NCBI GenBank assembly: GCA_951406725.2
Contig: OX597835.1
Location: forward strand, 13,268,001 to 13,332,000
DNA: 64,000 nt
Direction of reading: 5' to 3'
DNA from: Octopus vulgaris
Lineage: Eukaryota
Positions 24,239 through 37,181 of the stretch are shown here, piece by piece (within the stretch, counting starts at the first letter, position 1; each line of letters starts with the position of its first letter). The notes beneath the pieces were generated by a model. It did no database searches. It was not told the DNA's origin and saw nothing but the letters and a program-made list of their open reading frames with translations. The translations under genes were made by a program, and so were the position numbers.

Positions 24239-24750
24239 ATTAAATCATTGGTTTCTTAATTAGTGAGAAGACTTAATTCTTATGAAGAACCAACGTATGG
24301 GGTTGTTGTTAGAATGCTGGAGTAAAACATTCCAGGATGGATTTTATGGGCAAAGGCATAGGGCAACTGGCAGCAGACCCATGAATGGATTCTTATTTAA
24401 GCCCTTTATTCCCTGTCGAGTGTAGGCTTTTTCTCCACTGTTCTCAAAGCTGAACCTTCTTTTCCTGAGAGGCCTTCCTTTCCCAGGTTTCATCAGTTTT
24501 GAATGTCACCGATGCATCTGCAATAATTTGTGTGTGTGTTTACATGAGAACCATTGTAAGTTTGTTTACATCCCTTTGACCTGGCAATTTGGCCAAAAGC
24601 GACCCCCCCCCAATCCATTGCTCAGTTTAACACAATCATCTGACACTATGGATGCTATTAGTGAAGTCCACTCTGTTGCAAGAATTTGAGCCAAGACCCC
24701 TATACGAGAATACCTTACTCCTTCCCGCTTGCCTTGGAGGCCCTGTAGAA

Positions 24751-25052
24751 CAAGGGTCCCCAATCACCAAGCCATGGACCAGTAGTACTGGGCCCTACAG
24801 AAACAATAAATTTTAAAATTTTATTTCTATTTTGTCAAGTGTCACAGTCTGCAGGGTGTTTTTGCATTGTATACATATTATACATGTAATATATATGTGT
24901 ATGAGTTTCGGATGTTGGGACAGAAATGTGCTTTGGTATCTCATCAGTTATTTTTTGTTTGTCTTAATAACTGATGAGATGCAGGAGCAGATTTCCGCCC
25001 TGACGTCTAAAATTTGGAGTTTTATTATGTCAAGCAAATAATTGGCAGATAT

Positions 25053-25084
<32 letters not shown>

Positions 25085-25914
25085 TGATATGTACATATAT
25101 ATATATTATATAATATGTAGCACCCACTACACTCACGGAGTGGTTGGCGTTAGGAAGGGCATCCAGCCGTAGAAACACTGCCAGATCAGACTGGGCCTGA
25201 TGCAGCCTTCTGGCTTCACAGACCCCAGTTGAACCGTCCAACCCATGCTAGCATGGAAAGCGGATACTAAATGATGATGAGGATATATATATATATAATG
25301 ATATGTACTCTTTACTCTTTACTCTTTCACTTGTTTCACTCATTTGACTGCAGCCATTCTGGAGCACCGCCTTTAGTCGAGCAAATCGACCCTGGGACTT
25401 ATTCTTTGTAAGCCCAGTACTTATTCTATCGGTCTCTTTTGCTGAATCGTTAACTGGCGGGGATGCAAACACACCAGCATCGGTTGTCAAGCAATGCTAG
25501 GGGGACAAACACACACACAAACACACACGCACATACCTATATATACATATACATATATACGACAGGCTTCTTTCAGTTTCCGTCTACCAAATCCACTCAC
25601 AAGGCCTTGGTCGGCCCGGGGCTATAGCAGAAGACACTTGCCCAAGATGCCACGCAGTGGGACTGAACCCGGAACCATGTGGCTGGTTAGCAAGCTACTT
25701 ACCACACAGCCACTCCATATATATTATATGATATGTATATATATATGTACTATATTATATGTATTATTTTATATATGTATTGTGATATATGCAATGATTA
25801 AATTATATATAATGTACTCTATTGTGCTTTGTTATATGCATTATCCCCTCATCCATGGAAAAATAGTCCTGCATGAGACTGGTCCATGGGGCAGAAAAAT
25901 ATTGGAGACCAGCG
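24751..25914. mobile_element. hAT-like MITE carrying nested family C (25120-25282) and family A (25308-25697) SINEs
   Basis: Termini caagggtccccaa ... ttggagaccagcg resemble CAGGGGTCCCCAA-type TIRs. The nested SINEs match other copies in the window. Confidence 0.55.
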
Positions 25915-26389
25915 CCGCAGAGGGTCGATGGTGCTGCACTTCACTCCTGACTGAAGAATGCCAAAAAGAAAAACGAAAATAACTAGCTGCTCTCCGACCG
26001 CCTCGAATAGCAATTGAGAACCAGCCATATTCTAAAGTATTCTAATACCTTTAATTCTCTCTCAGAAACCAAAAAGAATAATAAATAATGCGGTCTATCG
26101 CAATTGTACTACTTTGAATTTTGATCGTCAATTGTGATCCCCCAGTTTCATTGCCTTGATAGAGACATTTTCGACATTTGTATAAATACAAATCAAAGTT
26201 CTGTCCTCGTTGTTCTAGACATCTGCATTCACATGCCAAAAGGATAATAGTAACATTTATTGAAATTCTATGCTATTTATCTAAAGAGTTTTTGGGGGTT
26301 CTTTTTTTTTCTTCTTTTTACATCAAACTAGCAACCATAGAAGGAAAACGAAAATACAAGACAAAAAACAAGCACCATTTTACTACAAC

Positions 26390-26515
26390 TCTGTGTGTGT
26401 GTATGTATATATATTTATATATGTATATACATATGTATTCATATAAATATATATGCATACATATGTATATATATAAATATATATGCATATTTATTTATAT
26501 ATGTATATACATATG

Positions 26516-26546
<31 letters not shown>

Positions 26547-26948
26547 GTATATATATATATGTATATATATATATATACACCTATGTATATGCATATACAT
26601 ATGTATATGCATTCACACACACACACATATATACATATATAAATGTATATATGTATGTATATATATGTACATATATACATGCATACATATATAATATATA
26701 AATGTATATATGTATGTATATATATATAACATATAAATGCATATATATATATATATATGTACATACATGTGTATACACACATGCATGTATACACATGTAT
26801 ACACACACACGTATATATATTATTCATTTCATCATTGATTTTTTTTTATTATTAGTTGAAAGGATTATTATTATTGGTATTATTTTTTTAATTTTTCCTT
26901 TCTTATTACTTATTCCCATTATCATTATTGTCAAAAGTATCATTGTTG

Positions 26949-26979
<31 letters not shown>

Positions 26980-26981
26980 CA

Positions 26982-27037
<56 letters not shown>

Positions 27038-27038
27038 A

Positions 27039-27082
<44 letters not shown>

Positions 27083-27112
27083 TTCATTATTATTATTATT
27101 ATTATTTTTATT
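26390..27112. repeat. (TA/CA)-rich and (ATT)n microsatellite block
   Basis: Direct reading. Confidence 0.95.
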
Positions 27113-27710
27113 ATAAAATATTTCACTAAGCTTATAGAACTAACACACAATAGAGTTTGATTGCTGTGCTACAAGACAAGACATCTATATTTGTATGTTT
27201 ATTTATTTATTTATTTATTATTTATTTTTTTGTATTCTTTTACATTTATTTGTCGTTTTATTCAAATTTTTGGTTGTCAAAAAAAAAACAAAATATCTTT
27301 GAAAAATGATGCTAGAAAATCTAACAGTTTTAAACTACAATCGATGTGATTTGCCGTTGGCCTCAATGTTCTCTGTTGAAAGTTATTTATGCGAAGGATT
27401 TCTATGACTGGAAGAAATAGTAATGCAATAATGCATTTTATGCGAAGACTGGAAGAGATCAAAGTGACTCTGATACGATAGAGATAGGTGCAGGTGTGAC
27501 TGAGCAGTTCAGGTATCAACCAAACGGTCTTGAGTTCTATCTCGATGTGTGGTACTTAGGCCACATGTTTTCTGCCTTTGACTTTGGCTGAACGATGTCT
27601 TCTGAATGGCTTTGTTGGACAGACACTGAACATTATATGTGCCTCTGTGTGTGTGTGTGCATTCATGCATATATGCAAGCGTGCATGCATACAGACAGAC
27701 AAACAGACAG

Positions 27711-27959
27711 ATCAGTGAAAAGGAAAATACCTATGCTGAACTATCGAGAAATCTACTCTTACTTTACCCAGATTACAAGTTCGGGTTTATACCTGTAATT
27801 ATTGGGGACCTGGGATTTGTAACACACTGCTTAAATAAAAATCTTGAGAAATTAGGCTTCGCAAAACCAGAAAGGAGAAAGCTAATTCGAAGACTACAGA
27901 TCCAATCCATCACTGGAACTATAAAAATCTGCAAAACTTTCCAGAGGTTTATCCTTTAA
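27711..27959 (+). mobile_element. 3' end of a restriction-like-endonuclease non-LTR retrotransposon (R4/Dong/Hero-like)
   Basis: ISEKENTYAELSRNL...KFGFIPVIIGDLGFV...LEKLG...LQIQSITGTIKICKTF matches the K..KY..L / PVIIGALG C-terminal motif. Confidence 0.8.
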
Positions 27960-28377
27960 CTATATATGAGCATATCTAGATATGTAGCTATATGCATGAG
28001 AATACATACATAAAACATACAAATCTGCATATATACATACATATATGCGTACATACAAGCAAAAATATTCTATTGTTGATGTTGAAAGAGTACATAATAA
28101 TCCAGTACAGAATTAAAACATTGGTGTAACCTTGATGAGGCAGCTTTCTTTATCTGCATTAATTTGTAAATATACAATTGTTTTGATAATACATAGCATG
28201 CATATTAGTGCAGACATGTAAACACAATATATTATACGCACTGGAATTATTATTATATGAAGAAGGCTGCAAAATGGACACAATTTTAAGAATGTCAAGT
28301 GATTAAGTAAATATAACCACCTCTCGTACTGCCTCAGTTTTTATGGTTTACATCAAAATATGTGTGTATGTGTGCAT

Positions 28378-28550
28378 GTGAAGGTGCACAGCTCAGTGGT
28401 TAGAGCACCAGGCTCACAGCTACGAGATAGTGAATTCGATTCCTGGACCAGGCTGTGTGTTGTGTTCTTGAGCAAGACACTTTATTTCACATTGCTCCAG
28501 TTCATTCAGCTGCAGAAATGAGTTGCAGTGTCACAGGTGCCAAGTTGTAT
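28378..28550 (+). mobile_element. Diverged tRNA SINE (family D-related head)
   Basis: agctcagtggttagagc...attcgattcctggacc...ttcttgagcaagacact. Confidence 0.7.
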
Positions 28551-28732
28551 ATCAGTCTTTATACATACATACATACATACCATTACACTGGGTACTCAGT
28601 CATCAAAGTCAAGGTGAGTATGTAGGAAAGTTCTAGACGGGGAGATTCACTGTTTATAAGGAATAAAATAAAAGAATAAAGAGTAAGAGTTGATATAAGG
28701 ATACAGACAGGAGAATAAAAGTTCACAATTGA

Positions 28733-29048
28733 TCTTTTATCGACTCTGAAAGGATGAAAGGCAAAGTCGACCTCGGCGGAATTTGAACTCAGAGCGGAAC
28801 GGCAGACAAAATACCTATTTCTTTATTACCTTCAAGGGGCTAAACACAGAGAGGACAAACAAGGACAGACAAACGGATTAAGTTGATTACATCGGCTCCA
28901 TTGCATAACTGGTACTTAATTTATCGACCCCAAAAGGATGAAAGGCAAGGTCGACCTCGGCAGAATTTGAACTCAGAATGTTAAGACAGACAAAATACAG
29001 CCAAGCATTTTGCCTGGCGAGCTAACATTTCTGCCAGCTCGCCACCTT
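28733..29048 (-). mobile_element. Family B SINE, one-and-a-half-mer
   Basis: Two copies of aaaggatgaaaggcaaagtcgacctcgg with junction gacaaaatacctatttcttt. Confidence 0.88.
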
Positions 29049-29159
29049 AACATATTGTTTATGTTGAAAGAAAGAAAACGGAGGAATGTGGATGTATAAA
29101 TAATTTATTTGCATGATATAACGAGGTTGAAAGTTTTAAATATACATATGTCGCATACA

Positions 29160-29362
29160 AAGCACCCATGGTGGTGCCATGAAAGAACCTGTGCTGGCAC
29201 CTCATAAAAGAAACCACCAAGGGAAGTGGTTGGCATTAGGAATGGCACACAGGGCTGCAGAAAGCATGCCAAAACAGACAGTTGGAGCCTGGTGCAGCTC
29301 TCCAGCCTTGCCAGCTCCTGTCAAACCGTCCAACCCATGCCAGCATGGAACGCGGACATCAG
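29160..29362 (+). mobile_element. Family C-related element
   Basis: gtggttggcattaggaatggc...ccgtccaacccatgccagcatggaac. Confidence 0.8.
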
Positions 29363-29448
29363 ATGACGACAATGATGACAATGATGATGATGACGACGAC
29401 GACGACAACGATGATGATGATGATGACGACGACGACGATGATGATGAC

Positions 29449-29483
<35 letters not shown>

Positions 29484-29559
29484 CGATGATGATGACAACG
29501 ACGACGACGATGATGATGACGATGATGATGATGACGATGATGATGACGATGATGACGAC

Positions 29560-29633
<74 letters not shown>

Positions 29634-29745
29634 CGATGACGATGATGGTGATGATGATGATGATGACGATGGTGGTGGTGGTGGTGGTGGTGGTGGTGGT
29701 GGTGGATGACGATGATGATGACGACGATGATGATGATGATAGCGA

Positions 29746-29776
<31 letters not shown>

Positions 29777-30083
29777 GATGATGATGATGACGATGATGAT
29801 GATGATGATGACGATGATGGTGATGATGATGACGATGACGATGATGATGACGACGATGATGGATGATGATGATGATGACGATGATGATGATGACGATGAT
29901 GATGATGATGACGATGACGACGATGATGATGACGATGACGATGATGATAATGATGACAATGGCGATGATGATGATGATGATGACGACAATGATGATGGTG
30001 ATGATGATGATGACGATGGTGGTGGTGGTGATGGTGATGGTGGTGGTGGTGGTGGTGGTTTTGGTGGTGATGATGATGATGAC

Positions 30084-30133
<50 letters not shown>

Positions 30134-30252
30134 CGATGGTGGTGGTGGTGGTGGTGGTGGTTTTGGTGGTGATGATGATGATGACGATGGTGGTGGTGGT
30201 GGTGGTGGTGGTGGTTTTGGTGGTGGTAATGATGATGACAACGACGGCATGA
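29362..30252. repeat. ~900-bp (GAT)/(GAC)/(GGT) trinucleotide expansion
   Basis: Direct reading; continuous with the family C tail. Confidence 0.97.
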
Positions 30253-30632
30253 TGGGAACACAAACATAAAAACAAGTGAAAAATCAATCACAACCAAATG
30301 GAAAAACCTCTCAGTGTCCTAAATCCATAACAGTTTCTAATGTGTCTAGTTCCTTTCTATTTTTCATTTTTTCCCATGCTTAAATGCATGTATTCACTTC
30401 TTTATTAAACACATCCTTCTTCTCTCGACTGTATATGGGGGTGGGGGTGGGGGTGGATGGGGGGGGGTGGAGTCGCGTGTTCTGCCTGCATAACAATATG
30501 TAACGTTTTTAGCAGTTATATTCCATAGAATGCCTTCATTTAACCTCATCAAACAGCAGAGTCTATTGGCAGTGAGATTCTGTGATAAATATATTTTGAT
30601 GATTTATTTTTGTGTCAAATAACAGCATCGCA

Positions 30633-30633
30633 C

Positions 30634-30677
<44 letters not shown>

Positions 30678-30714
30678 ATATCTATCTATCTATCTATTTA
30701 TCTATCTATATCTA

Positions 30715-30756
<42 letters not shown>

Positions 30757-30860
30757 CATCCATTTATCTATCTATCTATCCATCTATCTATCTATCTATC
30801 TATCTATCTATATATATATATATCTATCTACATCCATTTATCTATCTATCTATCTATCTA

Positions 30861-30896
<36 letters not shown>

Positions 30897-30900
30897 TCTA

Positions 30901-30952
<52 letters not shown>

Positions 30953-30978
30953 CATCCATTTATCTATCTATCTATCTA

Positions 30979-31010
<32 letters not shown>

Positions 31011-31050
31011 CCTATCTATCTATATCTGTCTATCTATATATCTATCTATC
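30633..31050. repeat. (TATC)n/(TGTC)n tetranucleotide microsatellite
   Basis: Direct reading. Confidence 0.97.
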
Positions 31051-31373
31051 TTACTTTCTTTTTCTCCTTTATTTATGTTGCATCATGGGAATTACATCGC
31101 AAAACACATCTTAACAGCATTTTTCCAGAATGATTCGGAGGAGGAGAGATTTGCAGTTTGATGTTAATTGCAAACGCTCAATTAGAAGTAGTACAGCTGC
31201 ATCAAGGAATGAACGAAGGATGGCAGCGTCGGTTATTTGGTTGGAATATATTAAATTGGCAGAGCTGGCACTGCCGACAGAATAACACATTCTAGGTGGG
31301 TGGGGCTGGAGTATGGAGTTACGTATATACATGTACATACGTACACAACACATAAATACATAAATATTCTTAA

Positions 31374-31427
<54 letters not shown>

Positions 31428-31462
31428 CCATACATACATACACTCACACATGTACTTGCGTA

Positions 31463-31494
<32 letters not shown>

Positions 31495-31845
31495 ATTATA
31501 TATAAATTTGTTGAGCATTTGTGGAATCCTGTGGCTTTCACAGAAAGCTCTTCTTGTGGATCTTGCTACCAAATCACAGAGTAATCCAATATGGAGGAGT
31601 ATAATGTAGAATCCCATGCAGCCGAAATCCAGGAGATCCAATCTATGAAATTATTTCATGAGGTCTGCATAGATATCAACCACTTGATACACCATATCAA
31701 ATGATATCAAATGGTTGGCATTTTATGCTCTTTTTCCTTGTCTCTCTGTCTGTGTGTGTGTGTGTGTCTCTCTCTCTGTGTATATATACATACACACACA
31801 CGCATATACATACATGTGTGTGCATCGCTGTATAAATATGTATGC

Positions 31846-31901
<56 letters not shown>

Positions 31902-32756
31902 GCATCTGTGTGTGCGAAAGTGTGTGTGTAAATTATTATCGTAAATTTTTTATTATTTTTGTTTATTTGCACTTAAGAGTTCAGGAACGAAGTACATTCA
32001 CTTTAAAAATTCTGTGTTTGTTCCATTTTCCAAAATGCAAATACATTTTCTCCAGTGATGTCCGACATTCCAAAAGATGTCAATCAATTTAATGACTTCT
32101 GTTATAAAAAGAACAATAACAACATCAACAACAACAAAAACGGTAATTCTCCATAGAATGGTTCCTTTGCAGAATTTCAGTTTTAATTAGCTGCACATTT
32201 ATTATCCAAGACAATGCAAATGGAACCAAATTCTAAGTATTATCAAAGACTTATGAATTTAGTTTTAGCATTAAATCTTCTGCAGTTTTCACTCTCTGGA
32301 ATTTTCATTTCTGTTTCACAGAGTTTTTGAGTAATTCTTACTAATTTCTAGACATTTTTGATGCCACAGTCTGAAAAATGAGTTCCATGTTTGGCGTTTT
32401 GGAAGCGAATTCTTTATTGGATTCTCAGAGAGAAAAACTATTCTAAGAAAAAAAAAAAACTTTTAAAAAATGTTTTTAAAGCTGTAAATAACATTGAAAA
32501 TCTCCTTAAATGGTTGCTGCTGCTGCTGCTGCCGCCACTGCTGCTACCGCTTCTTGTTGTTTCCTTCTTTGCTTCCTCTTCCCTCTCCTCTATCTTTATT
32601 CATTTGCATATTTCTTTAATCATTCCTTTATTGTAAAAGCTTCACAACAAAAGTAACCCATCTTATTTTTTTCTCCATACTGCGGAAGAATTCTTCTGTG
32701 TTGACATATCTAAATTTCCGCATGCACACACACCCACATGCACACATTCATATATT

Positions 32757-33542
32757 CACAGCCTCCACATGTGGTTTCAACCACAGCCTCCACATGTGGT
32801 TTCAACCACAGCCTCCACATGACTTCGGAATCTCCTGCAACTCTTCTTGACGGTCTCCTTGTTTAAGTTGGTGAATGCTGCCATAATCCTCGCCTTCAGT
32901 TCATCTTTGGTGTAACAAAGAGTTTTGTTGGTCTCTTCCTCAACTGCACCCCACACATAATAATCAAGGGGTTTGCAGTCTGGAGAGTTAGGTGGCCAGA
33001 TGGTATGGGTCCTGTGGTTGCAGAAATTGTCTGACAGCCATGACTGGGTTTTCCTGCTTGTGTGGCATGATGCAGAGTCCTTTTGCCAGACATAGGGTCT
33101 TCCAGCAGCCACTCTCTTGACCCAGGGCAGCACTACCTCTTCTAGGTACTTGATGTAGGCCTCCATATTGAGTGTGAGGCCATGTGGGAAGATGAATGGA
33201 GGCATAATGTTGGCACCACTAGTGATTACTCCAAACACTATGATGTTGACTGGATGTTTGATTTTTATTATTCTTGGTACATGTTTTGGGGACAAGACAA
33301 GCCAACGGTTGCTCTGTGCATTCACCATCTGTTCATATTGGAGCTTCTGGCATGAATGTCAAGCAGTACAGCATGTCATTTTCAAATTTCTGGCAGAGTG
33401 AATTGTGTCATTGTACTGCTTTTCTCACAGACGGTGCCCAGCTGACCCTACTATACTGTGTAGTCGACAAAATCAAAAACAAACAATGCACATGCAAAAA
33501 ACCAAAAATAGAAAATGGCAACAATTTATCCATCACACCCTG
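32757..33542 (-). mobile_element. Tc1/mariner DD37D (maT-type) transposon relic, internally deleted
   Basis: ORF 33328-32777 has WQKDSASCH...WPPNSPDCKPLDYYVWG with 37 residues between the last two Asp. Left terminus TA|CAGGGTGTG at 33544-33534. The N-terminal domain and 3' TIR are missing. Confidence 0.9.
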
Positions 33543-33867
33543 TATATATACCCAATTAATTACTGAGGAGAGACCTGGACATTGCCATTTGATAGCCAAA
33601 ATAGAATGGGTGTAGAAAATTTCCTTTAGTTAAAGAATTAGTCGAAACAATTCTCAGAGAACCGTTATTCCCACGCTTAGGATAATTTCAGCAACATATT
33701 TCAGTAACTCAAGTATCTCACTTGTGGTTGGAGCATCTCTACAAGAAGCCATTTCGTGCTGGAAATTAGGAAGTGGGGAGTTTTGGGTTTACGAAATTCA
33801 TATTTTGGTTTAATTACAAACCTCCTCGTTAGCGTGGTTGACTAAAATATAGTGGCATGTTGGTTGC

Positions 33868-33898
<31 letters not shown>

Positions 33899-34404
33899 GA
33901 TTACGAAGGTGGTTGTGATGGTGGTGATCTATGACATTGGTGGGGGGGTAGCAATGGTGGTGATGATCATGAAAATGATGGTGGTGGTGGTGGTGGTGGT
34001 GAAGGGGTTTTGGTGGTAATGATGGTGATAGTGGTAGTGATGATGATAATAATAGTAATTATGGTGATGGGGGTAGGTGATGATGATGAGGATGAGGAGG
34101 AGGAGGAGGAGGATGATGATGGTAGTATGATGGTGATGGTGATGATGATCATCTTTTCCTTATTTACCACAATCTTTCACCAAGGGTTACAAACAAAGGA
34201 GACAGAATGTGGGGTATGTAAAAAAAAACATATTAATCAAACTATGAAGGGTGGAGAGAGTAAGAGAGCTTATGCAATATATGAGAGGATGTATTAAGAA
34301 TTTTAAAAGTATACACACACATACACATGCATGTATGTGTATATATATATATATATATATATCTGTATACACGTACACATGTACGTTCCTATATGTGTAT
34401 ATAC

Positions 34405-34770
34405 ATGGCTGTGTGGTAAGAGTTTTGCTTCCCAACCACATGGCTCTGGGTTCAATCCCACTATGCAACACCTTGGGCAAGCATCTTCTGCTTTAACCCT
34501 GGGTTGACCAAGGCTTTGTGAGTGGGTTTGTTTGATGGAAACTGAAAGAAGCCAATTGTATATGGATGTGTGTGTGTGTGTATGTCTTTGTTTTTGCCCA
34601 TCAGCACTGCTTGACAACCAGTGTTGGTCTTTACACGTCTCCATAACTTAGCGGATCAGCAAAAGTGACTGATAGACTAGGTGCTGGGGTTGATTTGTTT
34701 GACTTAACTTTTCAAGGCAGTGCTCCAGCATGACCGCTGTCCAATGAGTGAAACAATGGAAAGATGAGAA
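34405..34770 (+). mobile_element. Family A SINE (diverged)
   Basis: Both halves recognisable. Confidence 0.85.
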
Positions 34771-35199
34771 TAGTACACACAAACACACAAAAATGTATGC
34801 ATGCAAATGATACATACATATACACACACATATACACATACACATGCTCACATGTTTGCCAGAGAATAAATATAAAAGATACAATAAAACAGCAATTAAA
34901 AAAAGATATAATTTAAGGAAATAAAACATGAAAGATTTACTATTCAAGTTAAATTAGGACACTCTAAAAATTCATTCTCTTAACCATTTCTGACATTGTA
35001 TCTGAGTGCAACCAAATACACCACTATGCCTTTTTTTTTTTGAGAATATAGAAAAAAGTGTAAAACCGATAACTATATAATCCAACCAAAATATCTCAGT
35101 TACGCAAATGTAAACAGAATTACTATTTAGCCTTAAAATAAATCATACATTTTCAAAGAACCTTCTTGGTTTAGTGGTACGGCATGTTCTTCGGGTATT

Positions 35200-35762
35200 C
35201 TTTTATTCTTTCACTTGTTTCAGTCATTTGACAGTGGTCATGCTGGAGCACTGCCTTTTAGTCAAAGAGATTGACCGCTGGACTTATTCCCTGTAAGCCA
35301 GGTGCTTATTTTATCAGACTCTTCTGCCGAACAGCTAAGTTACGAGGACGCAAACACACCAACATCAGTTGTCAAACAAAGGTGGTGGTGGGACAAACAC
35401 AAACACACATATATATATATTGGGCTTCTTTCAGTTTTCGTCTACCAAATTCTATTTTGAAGAAATTCTTCCTTTGAAGTAAGTGTGACACACACCGCAG
35501 GTACGTACAAAAACAAACAAAACTAAGCGTATTAATATCATTAATGATAATATCAAATTTTGGCACAAGGCCAGTAATCTCAGAGGGAAGAGTTTAGTTG
35601 ATTACACTGACCCCAGTACTCAACTAGTACTTAATTTATCGACCCTGAAAGGATGAAAGACAAAGTTGACTTCGGTGGAATTTGAACTCAGAATGTAAAA
35701 ACAGATGAAATGCTGCTAAGCATTTTGTCCAGCATGCTAATGATTCTGCCTGCTTGCCACTT
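35200..35762 (-). mobile_element. Partial family A SINE (35200-35450) and family B variant SINE (35553-35762)
   Basis: Match to other copies in the window. Confidence 0.8.
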
Positions 35763-36780
35763 TAACAATAGTAATAATAACAACTTCAACAATAATAATA
35801 ACTTCAACAACAACAACAATGATAATAATCTGTGTACATAAATTTGGTACATAATAAATTGGATTAGTGGATGGACTAATTAATCAAAGTGTTATGTCAG
35901 TGTAAATACCAAATGGATGGTGCTGATAGTTTAATCAATCACTAGTATTGGTTTAGTTCCATTCGATCAATCACAGCTGCCATGGATTAAAGATTTAGTT
36001 TAGTGAAGAAATTTATCAATATTGATGTTGAGTAATGATTTAGTCTTGTTGAATCAATCAATCATTACTGGCATGGTAATGTAGATTAACGATTTAGTTC
36101 AATCAATCACGGCAGTGAAATATTAACGATTTAGCCTAACTAATCAATCATCATCAAATAAATGAATAAAATAAGTAAGAATAGTGTTGCTATCATTCAC
36201 AATCGAGCGTGACCAGGTGCCAACATCATCGCACTCATTATGACCATTACTGTCAGCATCATCATCATCATCATCATCAATGGCAGCAGTAGCAACAGCA
36301 GTAGTTTTTGCTAATTATCTTGTGTTTTTGCTTAATTGCAATCAGATATAGACACCCTTGTCACTCTCCCCACCCTTAAACCCTTAGCATTTAAATCAAC
36401 CTTATCTGACGAAAATACTCAATGTGTTTCATGTTCAAATCAGCTAGATTCAGCTCCCACCTCTTACACCTACCCTGCAATATTCTCACTGTTTTATGTG
36501 CAACACAGCCAGATCTGGCCTCTCACGTTCACCCTACAATGTCCTTCTTAAGCACATGTGCTTTTATGCACCAAGTGTCCTTATGAGAGATCCTCTCAAG
36601 GTAAGTAGTGCAGTACTCTGTGTTCTAAAATAACCTCCATGGTAAGCTGGATATCAAGATTGTCTTTTGGTATTAATACTGCCTCTAATGACATTAATTA
36701 ATTTTTAATAAGCCCACTGGCTATTTGTGACACTAGTGCTTGGGTAGACACTGATATTCTATATATGGCTGTTCTACTAC

Positions 36781-36845
36781 TGCTGGATATCTGTCACTGA
36801 AGAACCCATAGCAGGGTGAAATCACATGATCTGGCAATTCCAGTA
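36781..36845 (+). ncRNA. Type I hammerhead ribozyme with extended stem I
   Basis: tgctgga tatc tgtca CTGAAGA accc atagca gggt GAAA tca ca tga T C tggca at tccagta. All core nucleotides are intact; predicted cleavage 3' of C36831. Confidence 0.8.
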
Positions 36846-37137
36846 GCCATAGCAGACAGTTCTCTTCTGTCAATGATATAACAAGTATTTTTATGCACCA
36901 CAAACCGTTATGAGAGGTCTTCTCACGGTAAATAACTCAGTATTCTGGTTCTAAAACAACCTTCATGTTAAGTTCGAGATCAAGATTATCTTCCGGTATT
37001 CGTGCTGCTTCAGTCACTATTAATTATTTTTTAATAAACCCCCTGATTATTTTTGCAACACCTGTACCTAAATAAACACTGATATTCTATATATATTACT
37101 GGTAGAAGATCCAGCTCTTGTGACGTGACCGGATGTC

Positions 37138-37181
37138 TGTCACTGAAAAACATATAGCAGGGTGAAATCACGGGATATGAC
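37138..37181 (+). ncRNA. Degenerate second hammerhead copy
   Basis: gtca CTGAAAA acat atagca gggt GAAA tca cg gga T A tgac. Core G8>A and a weakened stem II suggest it is inactive. Confidence 0.6.

Noticed and set aside
29179-30297. Long poly-Asp/His/Ser ORFs
   Set aside because: Translations of a trinucleotide expansion with internal frame slips; the N-termini derive from a SINE.
30437-30470. G-run cluster able to form a G-quadruplex
   Set aside because: Simple (GGGGGT)n low complexity with no functional context.
36575-36606. Strong donor AAG|GTAAGT suggesting tandemly duplicated exons
   Set aside because: The site decays in units 2 and 3 and there is no conserved acceptor or ORF; the hammerhead explains the repeat better.
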